DNA of 64,000 nucleotides from a virus (IMGVR_UViG_3300050821_001227:1-64000); one strand, 5' to 3'; positions 18,300-28,155 are shown, counted from the first letter of the stretch. Notes: generated by a model from the sequence alone, not told the origin. Numbers and translations: made by a program.

Positions 18300-20873
18300 T
18301 CATTTGCACCAAAAAACTTCTATATGGTACTCTGATTCCATTGTAACACGTTTGAGGTGCGTAGCTGCCGCGCGTCTTATAGCATCCGCAGTTAACAGCG
18401 CAACTTCATCCGCATTGCTTTTTAGGCACCTGACAACTAGCTCGTCATGCACCATTTTGATGAGTTTCGCGCCGTACTTTGGAAAGACGTGCCAGAGAAA
18501 CTCTTTTCCCTTTTCGTCGCTGCCGCTGCCCATAGCTAATTTAATCACGGAAGCGTTACAGCTTTGTATTGGCATATTCTTGCCCGCTCGTTCGATTATA
18601 CCATAGAGCGCCCGCATCGCCTGTTTTACGTCTGGCGGCTTCTCATCGTCCTTGTGCTCGAAGACGAACTTCAAAGCGTCATCATAGGATGGCTCCTTGA
18701 ACAATTCGCGGCGTCCGAAAAGATCACGCGCCTTCAGGTTGTCGATAGCCCTCTGGCCGGAAAGGTCGATGAATGACCAGAGCACGGGCAATGCGCCACG
18801 GTGAGCCTTAAGAACCTCTTTGCAGAAGTCCTCGGGCTTCTTGATCTGTACCGACAGCGCCTTCGGACCCAGACCGTACGCGATGCCGAAGTTTACAGGC
18901 TTGAAGTCGTTGCGGTACTCGTTGTGTTTCGGGCATTCGCATTTGAACTTCTTGTACTCGCCTTGTTCATCCAGCGCGTAGAAGGCGCAAGGCGGTACCG
19001 GGACCATCTCGCCTTTCTTGTTCTTCATCGTGTCGCCGGGGCGGGCAGTCATCGACTCCCACTTCTCGGCATCCACGAGTTCGCAACAGATGCTGTGAAC
19101 GTCCTGACCCTTGTTGAAGGCATCAATCCAAATCTTCTCGTTCGCCATCTCCGCGATTATGCGGAGTTCAGCGCCCGACATATCGATGGTCAGTAAGACG
19201 TAAGACTCATCCTCGACTTCCGTGTGCGTGCAAGTCTTGCCGCACTTCGTGCACTTGTACGTTTCGATGGCGAGGTGCGCTTCGTTGCGCGTGGCGCGTT
19301 TGCCGCAGCACTTCGAGTTCTTGAGCCCGATGATGTCTTCGTCGGGTGGACCTGCGACGAAGCAGGCGCGAGTCTCCTTATCATGAGGAAGATTCTGGCC
19401 ATTAGGCCCGCTACTAGAACTGCGGCCTGTGTCAGCGTCGTATTGGTTGTACTGCGGGTGCAGCCTGTGATCGTGCGGGTTGATCCAACCCTCTTCGTCG
19501 TTGTCTTTTGCCGGGGCATCGTCTTTCCATTCTGTCACCCACGTCATGCCGTAGGTGCCGATTTCCTTCGCGATCTTGCGGTACTCTGATAACGCTTTGC
19601 AGATCGGAATGTGCTCGTACTTCTCCAGCACCTCAGAAGCCGTAGACTTCATCTTCTCCAGCCCATCGACTTGATGCAGGACATCCTTGATCTGCGTCGG
19701 AGAGTTGTAGTTGATGAACGCCTCACCTTGACAGGTCTCGGACTTCGTCCTGCGCGACGTGTTGGCTTTCTTCATGTCGCTGTGCGCAGTCTTCAGCGCC
19801 GTGCGGTTGTCTACGATTAGCTTGTCGGCGTCTGTGTATACAGAATGCTTCTTGCCGTCCTCGCCCACGACTTCGCCGATAGCCTTCGGCAGCTTGATCG
19901 ATTTCCATCGCTCCTCAGCGTCTGTGATCTGCTTCTCTGAATAGGCTAGACCACCCTTCTTGCCAACGTAGTGGATGAACTCCTGATCCAATTCGGCCAG
20001 CGAGACGACTAAGTCCAACTTACGTTTCTCGACCTTCGCGGTCCAGCGCGGGATGTCGATACAGTCGCCATGAACGGTCATGTCTTGGAATGATCCGATA
20101 GCATCATTCTCAATCTGGCAAATTTCTTTCAGGTTGTCGCCACAGCACTGCGCAGGGATGTTAATCCAGCGCGGGAGCCGGTTATGGATCATGCCACGTG
20201 TGACCATGTCCTGCGCCGACTTGATAACGAATGGATACCGTACGTCACCGCAAGCGTAGAAGATTTGCTCGTCGCTCAACGGGTCTGTCATGTTGAATGA
20301 TGCCTGATATTCTTTGTCGATGTCTTTGCGGAGCCAGCGACGGATGACCGACCGCATACTGAACATGTCGTACCGCTTGAGCGGCAGCCTGCCCGCGTAA
20401 ATGGCTTTCTCGACCATCATACAATCGTAGAAATTCTGCGACCGCAGACCGAACAACCAGTAGTGCGAGAGATATTCGAAGCCCAGATTGAAGCCGACCT
20501 TCTTGTGCTTGCGCTCACACAAATACGGACGCAGTGTGTCAACCAGCTTCTTGAGCCGCCAGTCCATGTGCTTGCCGTAGTGGCCTTGGCTGTCCCGCAG
20601 GATGGCCGAGTCATTGCCGACGATACCAAGCAGGTCGATCAGGAACTGCTTCTCCACGTTACCGAACTGCATGGTGCGTGCCCTGCGCCAATAGAAGTCG
20701 CGCAACGGCGTTGTTTCAATGTCCCAACCGAACTCAGGATGAGCGTCCAGCCATGTGGTCAACTCGTCAAGCTGATCGATGTCGGTGATTACCGTGATGT
20801 CTGGAGGAGTCTTGAGTTCGAGCATCGGAAGATACTCTTCCTCAACCTCCGATTTCGCTTTGGCTGTAGCCAT
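18300..20873 (-). CDS. family A DNA polymerase with 3'-5' exonuclease
   Basis: ExoI WDIETT; TGRSSS..PNGQN; motif A DMSGAELR; motif B KPVNFGIAYG; motif C VHDEL. Confidence 0.93.
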   Translation of the reverse strand: MATAKAKSEVEEEYLPMLELKTPPDITVITDIDQLDELTTWLDAHPEFGWDIETTPLRDFYWRRARTMQFGNVEKQFLIDLLGIVGNDSAILRDSQGHYGKHMDWRLKKLVDTLRPYLCERKHKKVGFNLGFEYLSHYWLFGLRSQNFYDCMMVEKAIYAGRLPLKRYDMFSMRSVIRRWLRKDIDKEYQASFNMTDPLSDEQIFYACGDVRYPFVIKSAQDMVTRGMIHNRLPRWINIPAQCCGDNLKEICQIENDAIGSFQDMTVHGDCIDIPRWTAKVEKRKLDLVVSLAELDQEFIHYVGKKGGLAYSEKQITDAEERWKSIKLPKAIGEVVGEDGKKHSVYTDADKLIVDNRTALKTAHSDMKKANTSRRTKSETCQGEAFINYNSPTQIKDVLHQVDGLEKMKSTASEVLEKYEHIPICKALSEYRKIAKEIGTYGMTWVTEWKDDAPAKDNDEEGWINPHDHRLHPQYNQYDADTGRSSSSGPNGQNLPHDKETRACFVAGPPDEDIIGLKNSKCCGKRATRNEAHLAIETYKCTKCGKTCTHTEVEDESYVLLTIDMSGAELRIIAEMANEKIWIDAFNKGQDVHSICCELVDAEKWESMTARPGDTMKNKKGEMVPVPPCAFYALDEQGEYKKFKCECPKHNEYRNDFKPVNFGIAYGLGPKALSVQIKKPEDFCKEVLKAHRGALPVLWSFIDLSGQRAIDNLKARDLFGRRELFKEPSYDDALKFVFEHKDDEKPPDVKQAMRALYGIIERAGKNMPIQSCNASVIKLAMGSGSDEKGKEFLWHVFPKYGAKLIKMVHDELVVRCLKSNADEVALLTADAIRRAAATHLKRVTMESEYHIEVFWCK

Positions 20874-20981
20874 CTAATCCTCGTCGTCTTCGTCCAGTTC
20901 TTCCAGTATTTCTCGGTCGTATTCGTGCACGAACATCGCTTGAATCTTCTGCCAGTGGTGCTCGTACTCTTCTTCGCTCAT
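20874..20981 (-). CDS. small acidic peptide (35 aa)
   Basis: MSEEEYEHHWQKIQ...EELDEDDED, stop abuts polymerase ATG. Confidence 0.45.
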   Translation of the reverse strand: MSEEEYEHHWQKIQAMFVHEYDREILEELDEDDED

Positions 20982-21012
20982 TCTTTTCAGAACTTCCGTA
21001 GTCGGATAGGTG

Positions 21013-23166
21013 TCACCCCTCTGATACGGTTGTATTCGTTTGGCTGCCACTGAATTCTCCTTCCGACTCTCTTACCCACTTCCACGTATTGCCCGCTTTG
21101 AACGCACGGATATTCAGTGTCGTTCGTCCGCGACTAATCTGATTGATGGATATGCCTCTCGCCCCAGCCTGCTCGATGAGCGGAGCAGCATCCAGCGTTT
21201 GGCCCACAGCAATCACCGACTTCAGGAAGTTGATGGCGGGCTGTGTGACCTTGTCTTTGAAATCCTCTCCCTGACTGATTATGTTCTCGGCTGTGGCCTG
21301 ACTTGCGCCCAAGTATTCAATGCCCGCAACGCCGACATCTTTCCCACGAAGTGGGATGGTCACCGTCTTGGTGGTATACTTGATACCGGGGAACTTACCC
21401 AAGTTCTCTTTCATCTGGAGCATCAACTTGTGATCCGGATTCTCAGGGTCACGCATGAACGTCCAGCCCATACGAGCGACACCAGCGTTGCCCACGGCTC
21501 CAATCGTCTTGTGCATCGCGCTTCGTCCTTGCGCCTTACTGTTGTGCATGACAGTGACGATTGACACGTTGAACTCTTGCGCCAGCTTGCTAAGAGGCAT
21601 CAGGATGCTACGCACTTCCTGTTCGCTATTGCCGTTCTTTGCGCCGTAATAGTTGCTCAATGGATCGATGATGATGAGCCTTACGTTCGGACACTGCTCC
21701 AAGCGCTCCCGCAAGATGAGCAAATCCTTGTCCAACCGGAACGACCGTTCTTGATCGTTCTTCTCCGCGACCATTTCCAGCACATGAATCTTACTGCGGT
21801 CGGCGTGCATTCCAATTAAACGCGGACCGATGATGGTGCGAGGGTCATCTTCATCCGAGAATACGATGGTCTCGAATACACCGTTGTCGTTGACGCATCC
21901 ATCCACGAAGTTGTCGCCAATGCTACCGCGTGCAGCAAGGTCGAACAGGATGAGGGTCTTTCCAAGCGACGGGTCGCCAGCGAAAATCGTGTTCGCTCCA
22001 AGCGGCAAGCGCTCAGGCCACAACCATTGTAACTCCTCGGGCTCAATCTCTTCGAACGTCTTCCACTTCTGGATGACAGGCGTTAATACTTCGGCCTGCG
22101 GTACTCCGATGATAAGAGAGCGCGGGCTGAAATAGAACTTCTCCTTGCCCGATTCTTTCTCGACCTTGGCACGGAACTCTTTCCAGCCGTTGTTCGAACA
22201 ACTCTCATGGAAGCAATGGAACCCGGCGATGCCGTTATCAGGCAAGAACACTGCCGCGATCCGGTCGCCTGTAGCGATGTGATCGGGATTGAATGGACAG
22301 CCATCCGTCAGAATCCACTTGCTGCCGATGCAAGGGCCGTGCGCTACGCCGTGGTGTTCCAAGAACGCTTCGATTTTCTCAGGTGTGAATACGGTGCTCG
22401 TGCTTGTGCCCGTGAACGCGGGAGCCGTGGAAGGCGTTGCTGCCGCGATCTGCGTGCCAGCCAACGCCTGCAACTGCGCGAGGGTCACCAGTCCTTCGGG
22501 GTAGCTCATGACTTCGGCAACGCGATGAGGACGATCTTCTGTGTCGTCGCCCTTCGCAGATAGCGTGCCGTACGCCTTGACGATTCTAGCAGCGTTGAAC
22601 ACACTCGTATCGACCTTGGCAAACTCGGTGTTGAACTGCGTGGCCAGTGCTTTGAGCACAGTCTTGATTAGTTCCATCGACTCGACATCGTTTGGCAGGT
22701 CGATGTTGTAAATCAGATGGAACCCGTTGCCGCTCTTGGCAGTCAAGGGCATGGCCCATCCTAAAGCCTTCAGGTGTTTGAACACGGCAGCGGTAACTTC
22801 CCGCGCTTGCTTAATCTCGTCATCGGTAGCTGACACGCCAGCGGGCCGAACAGGATCGATGTCAATCAGCAAGTGGATACGGCGTAAGATGTCGTGATCG
22901 GACGTTGTAACCTGCGCCCGGTATTCGAGACGGTCTGCCGCACGGGCGTAGAGTGCTTCCTTGCATGGATTGAGGGTGACGTAGATGCCGTCGTACTGCC
23001 CGGACAGCTTCTGAAGCGCCTCGGCCAGCAACTTACCGTCGCCTACACGAAAGTAACCACTGATTGTCTTGTACTTCCCAGCCTTCGGCACTCGCACTTC
23101 CACGATGTCTGTCTCGACGAACATCGCTGCGATGCCTTGCATGATTAAATCCAGAGTGTCGGTCAT
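21013..23166 (-). CDS. primase-helicase fusion (AEP-like primase + RepA/AAA_25-type helicase)
   Basis: IDIDP and SGNGFHL primase motifs; Cys/His zinc motif; Walker A GDPSLGKT, Walker B IIIDPL, HNSK. Confidence 0.85.
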   Translation of the reverse strand: MTDTLDLIMQGIAAMFVETDIVEVRVPKAGKYKTISGYFRVGDGKLLAEALQKLSGQYDGIYVTLNPCKEALYARAADRLEYRAQVTTSDHDILRRIHLLIDIDPVRPAGVSATDDEIKQAREVTAAVFKHLKALGWAMPLTAKSGNGFHLIYNIDLPNDVESMELIKTVLKALATQFNTEFAKVDTSVFNAARIVKAYGTLSAKGDDTEDRPHRVAEVMSYPEGLVTLAQLQALAGTQIAAATPSTAPAFTGTSTSTVFTPEKIEAFLEHHGVAHGPCIGSKWILTDGCPFNPDHIATGDRIAAVFLPDNGIAGFHCFHESCSNNGWKEFRAKVEKESGKEKFYFSPRSLIIGVPQAEVLTPVIQKWKTFEEIEPEELQWLWPERLPLGANTIFAGDPSLGKTLILFDLAARGSIGDNFVDGCVNDNGVFETIVFSDEDDPRTIIGPRLIGMHADRSKIHVLEMVAEKNDQERSFRLDKDLLILRERLEQCPNVRLIIIDPLSNYYGAKNGNSEQEVRSILMPLSKLAQEFNVSIVTVMHNSKAQGRSAMHKTIGAVGNAGVARMGWTFMRDPENPDHKLMLQMKENLGKFPGIKYTTKTVTIPLRGKDVGVAGIEYLGASQATAENIISQGEDFKDKVTQPAINFLKSVIAVGQTLDAAPLIEQAGARGISINQISRGRTTLNIRAFKAGNTWKWVRESEGEFSGSQTNTTVSEG

Positions 23167-23174
23167 TGGTTACC

Positions 23175-23204
23175 AGCGTAACATACTTGAAACCGACCTG
23201 TCAA
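23175..23204 (-). promoter_or_regulatory. sigma70-type promoter, near-leaderless
   Basis: TTGACA-18 bp-TACGCT, ATG 8 nt later. Confidence 0.65.
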
Positions 23205-23240
23205 GTTCACGCTTGGCAGGCCGGGAGTTGTAACGTCATC

Positions 23241-24047
23241 CTAGAAAGGAATGTCTTCGTCACTGATTGGTGCGGTGGCTGGGGCTTCCTCAGCTTCGGC
23301 TGCGGCAAGCTGCGCACGGAGCGCGGCGAGTTTCGCGGCCTTGAGGTCCACGGTCGGGGCAGCGGCGGGAGCAGCGGCGGGAGCAGGAGTCACGGTCCGT
23401 GCCTGACGGATGGTGCCTGCGCGATTCGCCGGGGCTGCGGCCTTGGGCGCTGCGACTGGAGCGGCAACCTGCGCCTGTTCTTCAACGGGCTGGATTTCTT
23501 CCACTTCAGGTTCCGCAACGGGAGCAGGAGCGGTAACCTTGGGCGCGGTCTTCTTCAACTGCGCTGCGGCTTTCTTCTGCGTTCCGCCCTGAGTCTTGCC
23601 CTGCTTCTGCTTCTGCTTTTCAGAGTAGCGGACGAAGTCATCAGGGATGGCCAGACGCTGTGTGCCCTTCGGCACTTTCAGGATGGCCACGATGTTGGTG
23701 TACGTCTTCTCGCCAGACTCGGTGGTCTCGACGACAAGCTGATTGTTGATGCCCAGCAGTTCTTCCAAATCGAACTGTCCGGACACGTCTGCGCCGAGAA
23801 TGCTCTTGAGAGCCTTGCGCAGATTTGCCTTCTCGTGAAGGCTGGCAGTGTAGAACGCAGAGACGAAGTAGGGTTCGCCTTCGGAGTTCAACGTGTCGAG
23901 CATCCACTTGATTTGTACTTTGGGCTTCACGCCGAATCCGGTCTGGACTTCGCCCAGATCGATTACGTCAACGATGACGCCAATGTACTGCCCGTCCTCC
24001 GGGCGTTCCCAGTCTTTCTGGGTTGGTTCTGAAACAACTATTGCCAT
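23241..24047 (-). CDS. SSB-like replication protein (NGO0469-like)
   Basis: VIDLG...FYTASLHEKANLRK; Ala/Pro linker; acidic tail DEDIPF. Confidence 0.75.
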   Translation of the reverse strand: MAIVVSEPTQKDWERPEDGQYIGVIVDVIDLGEVQTGFGVKPKVQIKWMLDTLNSEGEPYFVSAFYTASLHEKANLRKALKSILGADVSGQFDLEELLGINNQLVVETTESGEKTYTNIVAILKVPKGTQRLAIPDDFVRYSEKQKQKQGKTQGGTQKKAAAQLKKTAPKVTAPAPVAEPEVEEIQPVEEQAQVAAPVAAPKAAAPANRAGTIRQARTVTPAPAAAPAAAPTVDLKAAKLAALRAQLAAAEAEEAPATAPISDEDIPF

Positions 24048-24094
24048 GGTGCAACTCCATTTCCGGAACCTGTCATCGGTTCCTATCGAGACTG

Positions 24095-24123
24095 AGATTA
24101 CCAAAGTAATCGCAATCTGTCAA
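24095..24123 (-). promoter_or_regulatory. sigma70-type promoter
   Basis: TTGACA-17 bp-TAATCT. Confidence 0.75.
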
Positions 24124-24144
24124 GCACAAAGTTAACGAAGTTTA

Positions 24145-24431
24145 TACAAGAAATCATACCCTGCCTACAAGAAATCATATCTTAGGGTATGATTTGTTGA
24201 AGGTTGTTTGTTTTCAAGGGGCTGGCGGGAAGAAATCAAGAAATCAAGAAATCAGCGTTTTTATTCAAAAGGTCAGGCGTAGGCATAATGTAGAGGCTAA
24301 GTGTATTCTTATGTATATAGTACATTACATAGTAGTCCTTAATTCTTACAGGTGAGTTAAGCTGACCCTTACAAGTGAACGAAGCAATTCAGGTGATTTC
24401 TTGATTTCTTGATTTCTTGATTTCTTGATTT
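24145..24431. repeat. AAGAAATC iteron-like repeats flanking an AT-rich spacer (candidate origin)
   Basis: 2x TACAAGAAATCATA, 3x tandem AAGAAATC (24230-24253), 4.5x inverted GATTTCTT (24395-24431). Confidence 0.85.
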
Positions 24432-24452
24432 GAGACAAAAATAAAATAGAGC

Positions 24453-24481
24453 TTGACAGGTCACTATTACTTTAGTACCAT
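24453..24481 (+). promoter_or_regulatory. sigma70-type promoter, near-leaderless
   Basis: TTGACA-17 bp-TACCAT, ATG at 24489. Confidence 0.75.
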
Positions 24482-24488
24482 GGTAACC

Positions 24489-24761
24489 ATGTCGAAGAAG
24501 AAACCTCGCCCACTGGCGATTTTGGAGGGCAATAAATCACCGAAGTATTGGGACAAAGTTCTTTCCAGTGAAGGGCTTAGCATGGATGCAGGGATACATA
24601 GGTTCCGCGATCTGTCGGGTGTTCGCAGGTACAGGCTGTCGTTCGTAGGAGGGTCCGGGGAAGTGGACTCGATCTACGAGATGCTGGTAGGAGACAACGG
24701 CAAAGTCAAGCCGAAGGGCGCAGGCCCGGACATGGAGGGTAACGGTGAGGGCCGCTCCTAA
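24489..24761 (+). CDS. hypothetical protein
   Basis: ORF MSKKKPRP directly after promoter. Confidence 0.65.
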   Translation: MSKKKPRPLAILEGNKSPKYWDKVLSSEGLSMDAGIHRFRDLSGVRRYRLSFVGGSGEVDSIYEMLVGDNGKVKPKGAGPDMEGNGEGRS

Positions 24762-25098
24762 AATATATTTTACAAACGTCAGCATTTGTTTTCAATAAGC
24801 TGCGGGTATAGGCACAACAATTATCGCCAAGTTGTCCCATTCTACTAGAGAGGGGTGCAGCAATACTGCGGTCTACCCTTATTGACGCGGACACAAGCTC
24901 CCTCACACATCGAACAAACGCCGTATAAGAATCACCCCGGCTTGCAGGAAGCCGTGAACAGGTTATAAAGAAACGGACGGGCTCCTCCACCAGCAGCAAT
25001 GCTGGTCCCGTTCCGACATCAGCCGCGATTACGCTTGCCGGACACGCTAGAAGTTACCCGGAGGTAGTCGCGGCAATATTTTTGCTCTGGAGGAGACC

Positions 25099-25617
25099 AT
25101 GGCATATACACCCGACTCTGCGCTCGAAGAGTCCCGACTTTACAACGCCAAGTTGGTGATTCAGACGTTGGCCAATTTGCCGGGCACGGATGTATTACCT
25201 GCCAACTTCGACACATTCGCGAACAAGGTTTCCAAAAAGATTGGGCTCGAATTTCTGTATCTCGGGCGCGGGCGCTATCGAGTGATACTCGACATCGTGC
25301 ATCCTGAAATAGACTTGGGTCTTGTACTCAAGATTGGCAATCAGCAAAGCATCTCGCGGGACATCGCATTGTCCATGAAGTTTCCGGAAGACCGCCCCAA
25401 GTTGTACGCGGCTTTTGGATACGGCTTAGTGGCAGAGCGCGTCAGTACGGTGACCGGAGTTGACGACGGACGGCTGAAGACACCTGAGTTTGCGGCACGC
25501 ATCGCGAAGTTGAACGAGCGTTATATAGGCCTTTTGAACGAAGACATCGGGTTCGCAGATGACAGGATTGTAGTCATCGGCAGTAGCACGCGGCTTGTGA
25601 ACAACGGCAGACGGTAA
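25099..25617 (+). CDS. degenerate kinase-like protein
   Basis: LGRGRYRV and LVLKIG; catalytic Asp and DFG not recognisable. Confidence 0.4.
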   Translation: MAYTPDSALEESRLYNAKLVIQTLANLPGTDVLPANFDTFANKVSKKIGLEFLYLGRGRYRVILDIVHPEIDLGLVLKIGNQQSISRDIALSMKFPEDRPKLYAAFGYGLVAERVSTVTGVDDGRLKTPEFAARIAKLNERYIGLLNEDIGFADDRIVVIGSSTRLVNNGRR

Positions 25618-25636
25618 CATTCTCTGGGAGGAGAAA

Positions 25637-26038
25637 ATGGAAAATAACAACGACTTTGAAAAGGCGCTCGAATTGAATGAGCGTATACACGAATCGGTGG
25701 TAGCACAGGATCATTCGCCTGAACGGGCGGTTGAGCTACCGACCGATGAGGTCAATATCGAGGCAGCGGTCAAGACGTTCACGCACGGCCCAATCACGGA
25801 TTCCGTGACGGTTTCAACAAACGTTGAAATCAACGAGAAGTTGAACGATTTGATGACCGAGATTGATCCATTTGCCAGCGAAGACGAGAATGAAGTCGTC
25901 GCTTGTGCTTGTTCGGACTGCGTCGAATCGAGCACGGATACAGACTTGGAATTAATCGTCGCCGATATGTCGGAGCGGTTGGCCAGTTTGGAAGCGAGAG
26001 TTGCCGCGTATAACGCGAAAGCATCGCATAAGATTTAG
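25637..26038 (+). CDS. acidic hypothetical protein
   Basis: GGAGGAG SD, 133 aa. Confidence 0.7.
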   Translation: MENNNDFEKALELNERIHESVVAQDHSPERAVELPTDEVNIEAAVKTFTHGPITDSVTVSTNVEINEKLNDLMTEIDPFASEDENEVVACACSDCVESSTDTDLELIVADMSERLASLEARVAAYNAKASHKI

Positions 26039-26181
26039 TCATGTTTGAAAGTTTGCAAACGCGGTCACAGTTTGAAAGGCGATAACGTCTTGGAACAGAT
26101 ACGCGATGGAAGTATTCGCCGATCTTGTAAGAAATGTCAACTAGCACGGAACAAGGTCTGGCAACGAAAGAGGGTATCATA

Positions 26182-26658
26182 GTGGCTCAACTCACAGCAC
26201 AGACAGTCGCGAAAAGACTGACCTACATGGCGGACGCGAAGAACAACATTCAAGAAGCACCCGGAACCGCCCACGTCACACCCGCCGATGGTAGCAACCC
26301 CGGTAACGGGTTGACCCCCGGCAAGAACGTTAGCATTTTCCGCATTCCAAAACCGGGAGACGGATTCCCGACCGGAAAAAGCGCGACACATTCCGCAGGC
26401 ACGTACAAGCCGTTGGTGACTGCTATCCTTCAGCAAAGCAACAACACCGTTGCTGGTCAAGGAACCGCAACACCTGTGGGTTTGGCTGTTGTGGCCGATC
26501 CGCACACAGGCGGAAGATTGCAGAACAGTCTCCAGAACGATGTTTCCGTGATGTCCGCAGCCGCGCAAGCCGCTGGCACGGGCAAGAGCACTCCTACCGT
26601 TATCGCGGGCGGGGCAGCGGGAGACGGTCTGTCGCAAGGCGCAGAAACAATCAACTAA
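26182..26658 (+). CDS. Gly/Ala/Thr-rich putative virion protein
   Basis: GAGGG SD with GTG start. Confidence 0.6.
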   Translation: MAQLTAQTVAKRLTYMADAKNNIQEAPGTAHVTPADGSNPGNGLTPGKNVSIFRIPKPGDGFPTGKSATHSAGTYKPLVTAILQQSNNTVAGQGTATPVGLAVVADPHTGGRLQNSLQNDVSVMSAAAQAAGTGKSTPTVIAGGAAGDGLSQGAETIN

Positions 26659-26721
26659 CGATCTTCCATCAACATTCGGTGACAGCAAAGCGATTCGCTA
26701 CTGCTAGTCCGAATGCCTCAA

Positions 26722-26764
26722 AGGCGGATGCCCTAACATCCGCCTACTTTCTTTAGGGAGAAAG
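26722..26764 (+). promoter_or_regulatory. kissing-loop RBS element A
   Basis: loops CCCUAA / UUAGGG. Confidence 0.8.
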
Positions 26765-26767
26765 CAA

Positions 26768-27214
26768 ATGAGTTTAGAAACACAACGAGCCGCAAAGCGT
26801 CGTTGGAAAGCCAAACACCCAGAATGGCAAAAGCGTTGGAATGCGGAACATTCGGAGTTAGTTGCTCAAATGTCTCGCCGACAAGCTGCACACTGGAACG
26901 CTGCTCATCCCGAACAAAGAAAAGCGCAGCAGCGTAAAGATAGTAGAAAACGCAAGGCACATAAGCGCAATGCATCGGGAACTTTCACGGAGCAAGAGTT
27001 CAACATTCTCAAAACGTTTTACGGTAACAAGTGCCTTTGCTGTTTGCGTCCCGAAAGGTTGCTTAACGCTCTCGGTATACAGATTGTGCCTGACCACGTT
27101 GTGGCTTTGGCAAAAGGCGGGACTAACGATATCGGAAACATTCAACCGCTTTGTCACGGTAAAGGCGGCTGTAATAACCGCAAAGGCGTAAAGCACGAAG
27201 ACTACCGAGGATAG
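26768..27214 (+). CDS. HNH endonuclease
   Basis: CLCC...DHVVALAKGGTNDIGNIQPLC...CNNRK. Confidence 0.9.
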   Translation: MSLETQRAAKRRWKAKHPEWQKRWNAEHSELVAQMSRRQAAHWNAAHPEQRKAQQRKDSRKRKAHKRNASGTFTEQEFNILKTFYGNKCLCCLRPERLLNALGIQIVPDHVVALAKGGTNDIGNIQPLCHGKGGCNNRKGVKHEDYRG

Positions 27215-27216
27215 CC

Positions 27217-27645
27217 ATGCAATCGACTGTACGCGTGAAAAGAACACAGGCAGCGTACTTTAGAAAGCTGGCCCTCGCGGAAGCAAGGAAGTCGGGCAAA
27301 GAAATTCAAGCGTACTTGGTGGGACATGTTGTCTCACCGCAACTCGTTGTTGTGGACTCGTTCCATTACACGAAGAAGTATGCCGACCAGACCACGTGTT
27401 TCGTGCGCTGGTTCGAAGACGATTATCAAGTCATCAAAGCTGCCGCAGAGGCAGCAGGCAAGCATATCATCGGTGACGCCCACAGCCATCCCGAGTGGGA
27501 CGCGGTATTAAGTCCGACCGATTATATTTCGCACATTCAGGAAGGTTACCGCATCGCGGGAATCTGCTCGACGAACAAGGGCCGCACGCGGCTCCGATTC
27601 TGGGTAGCAGAGAGCGCCCTCCCCCTGAAAATAGAGTATAATTAG
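27217..27645 (+). CDS. JAB/MPN+ metalloprotease domain protein
   Basis: E...HSHP...SPTD JAMM motif. Confidence 0.8.
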   Translation: MQSTVRVKRTQAAYFRKLALAEARKSGKEIQAYLVGHVVSPQLVVVDSFHYTKKYADQTTCFVRWFEDDYQVIKAAAEAAGKHIIGDAHSHPEWDAVLSPTDYISHIQEGYRIAGICSTNKGRTRLRFWVAESALPLKIEYN

Positions 27646-27664
27646 CCATGCTCTGGGAGGAGAC

Positions 27665-27889
27665 ATGAAGCGCCACACACGCGATACCATCATCGCGCAG
27701 ATTAACAAAAAGATAGCCAGCGGCAAAGCGAACAACGCTGAAGTCGTGTTGGTGTGGATGCGCCTCATGTTGACCGAGCCCGAAGTTTGGGGACCACGGT
27801 TCGATAAGTGGTGCACCAAATCGAACAACATCACGCCTGCCGATCAGATACCGGACAACGATCCGTATGCTGGAAACGGAGGCAGATGA
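27665..27889 (+). CDS. hypothetical protein
   Basis: GGAGGAG SD. Confidence 0.6.
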   Translation: MKRHTRDTIIAQINKKIASGKANNAEVVLVWMRLMLTEPEVWGPRFDKWCTKSNNITPADQIPDNDPYAGNGGR

Positions 27890-28155
27890 TGGGCGTCACG
27901 ACCAAGTATGAAATCACTCGCACCGAAGTCGATAGACTCGCGCTGGAGTGGTGCAAGGCGAAGCACGTTGTCGTCATGCTAGACGATGTTGCGAGAAACT
28001 TCGCAAGAGACATCGCGAATAAAGTTCTCCGCGACTTTGTACAGAGTATTGCAGAGATACAAGCAGCGAAAAAAGCAGCAGCTACGGGCGAACCTGCCCC
28101 GGCTGCCGCTCCCGCAGCGACCCCGACGAAACCTTCCATCATCCTGACAGATTGA
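27886..28155 (+). CDS. hypothetical protein
   Basis: GGAGG SD, ATGA overlap. Confidence 0.6.
   Translation: MMGVTTKYEITRTEVDRLALEWCKAKHVVVMLDDVARNFARDIANKVLRDFVQSIAEIQAAKKAAATGEPAPAAAPAATPTKPSIILTD

Noticed and set aside
18300-20873. Intein in the polymerase
   Set aside because: Insertions are short and lack intein N-terminal and HN/C-terminal splice motifs.
23166-24032. 288-aa + strand ORF and similar long antisense ORFs (e.g. 37634-38569, 41049-41888)
   Set aside because: Shadows of real genes on the opposite strand; no motifs or RBS.
24230-24431. CRISPR array
   Set aside because: 8-bp tandem units with no spacers and no cas genes.
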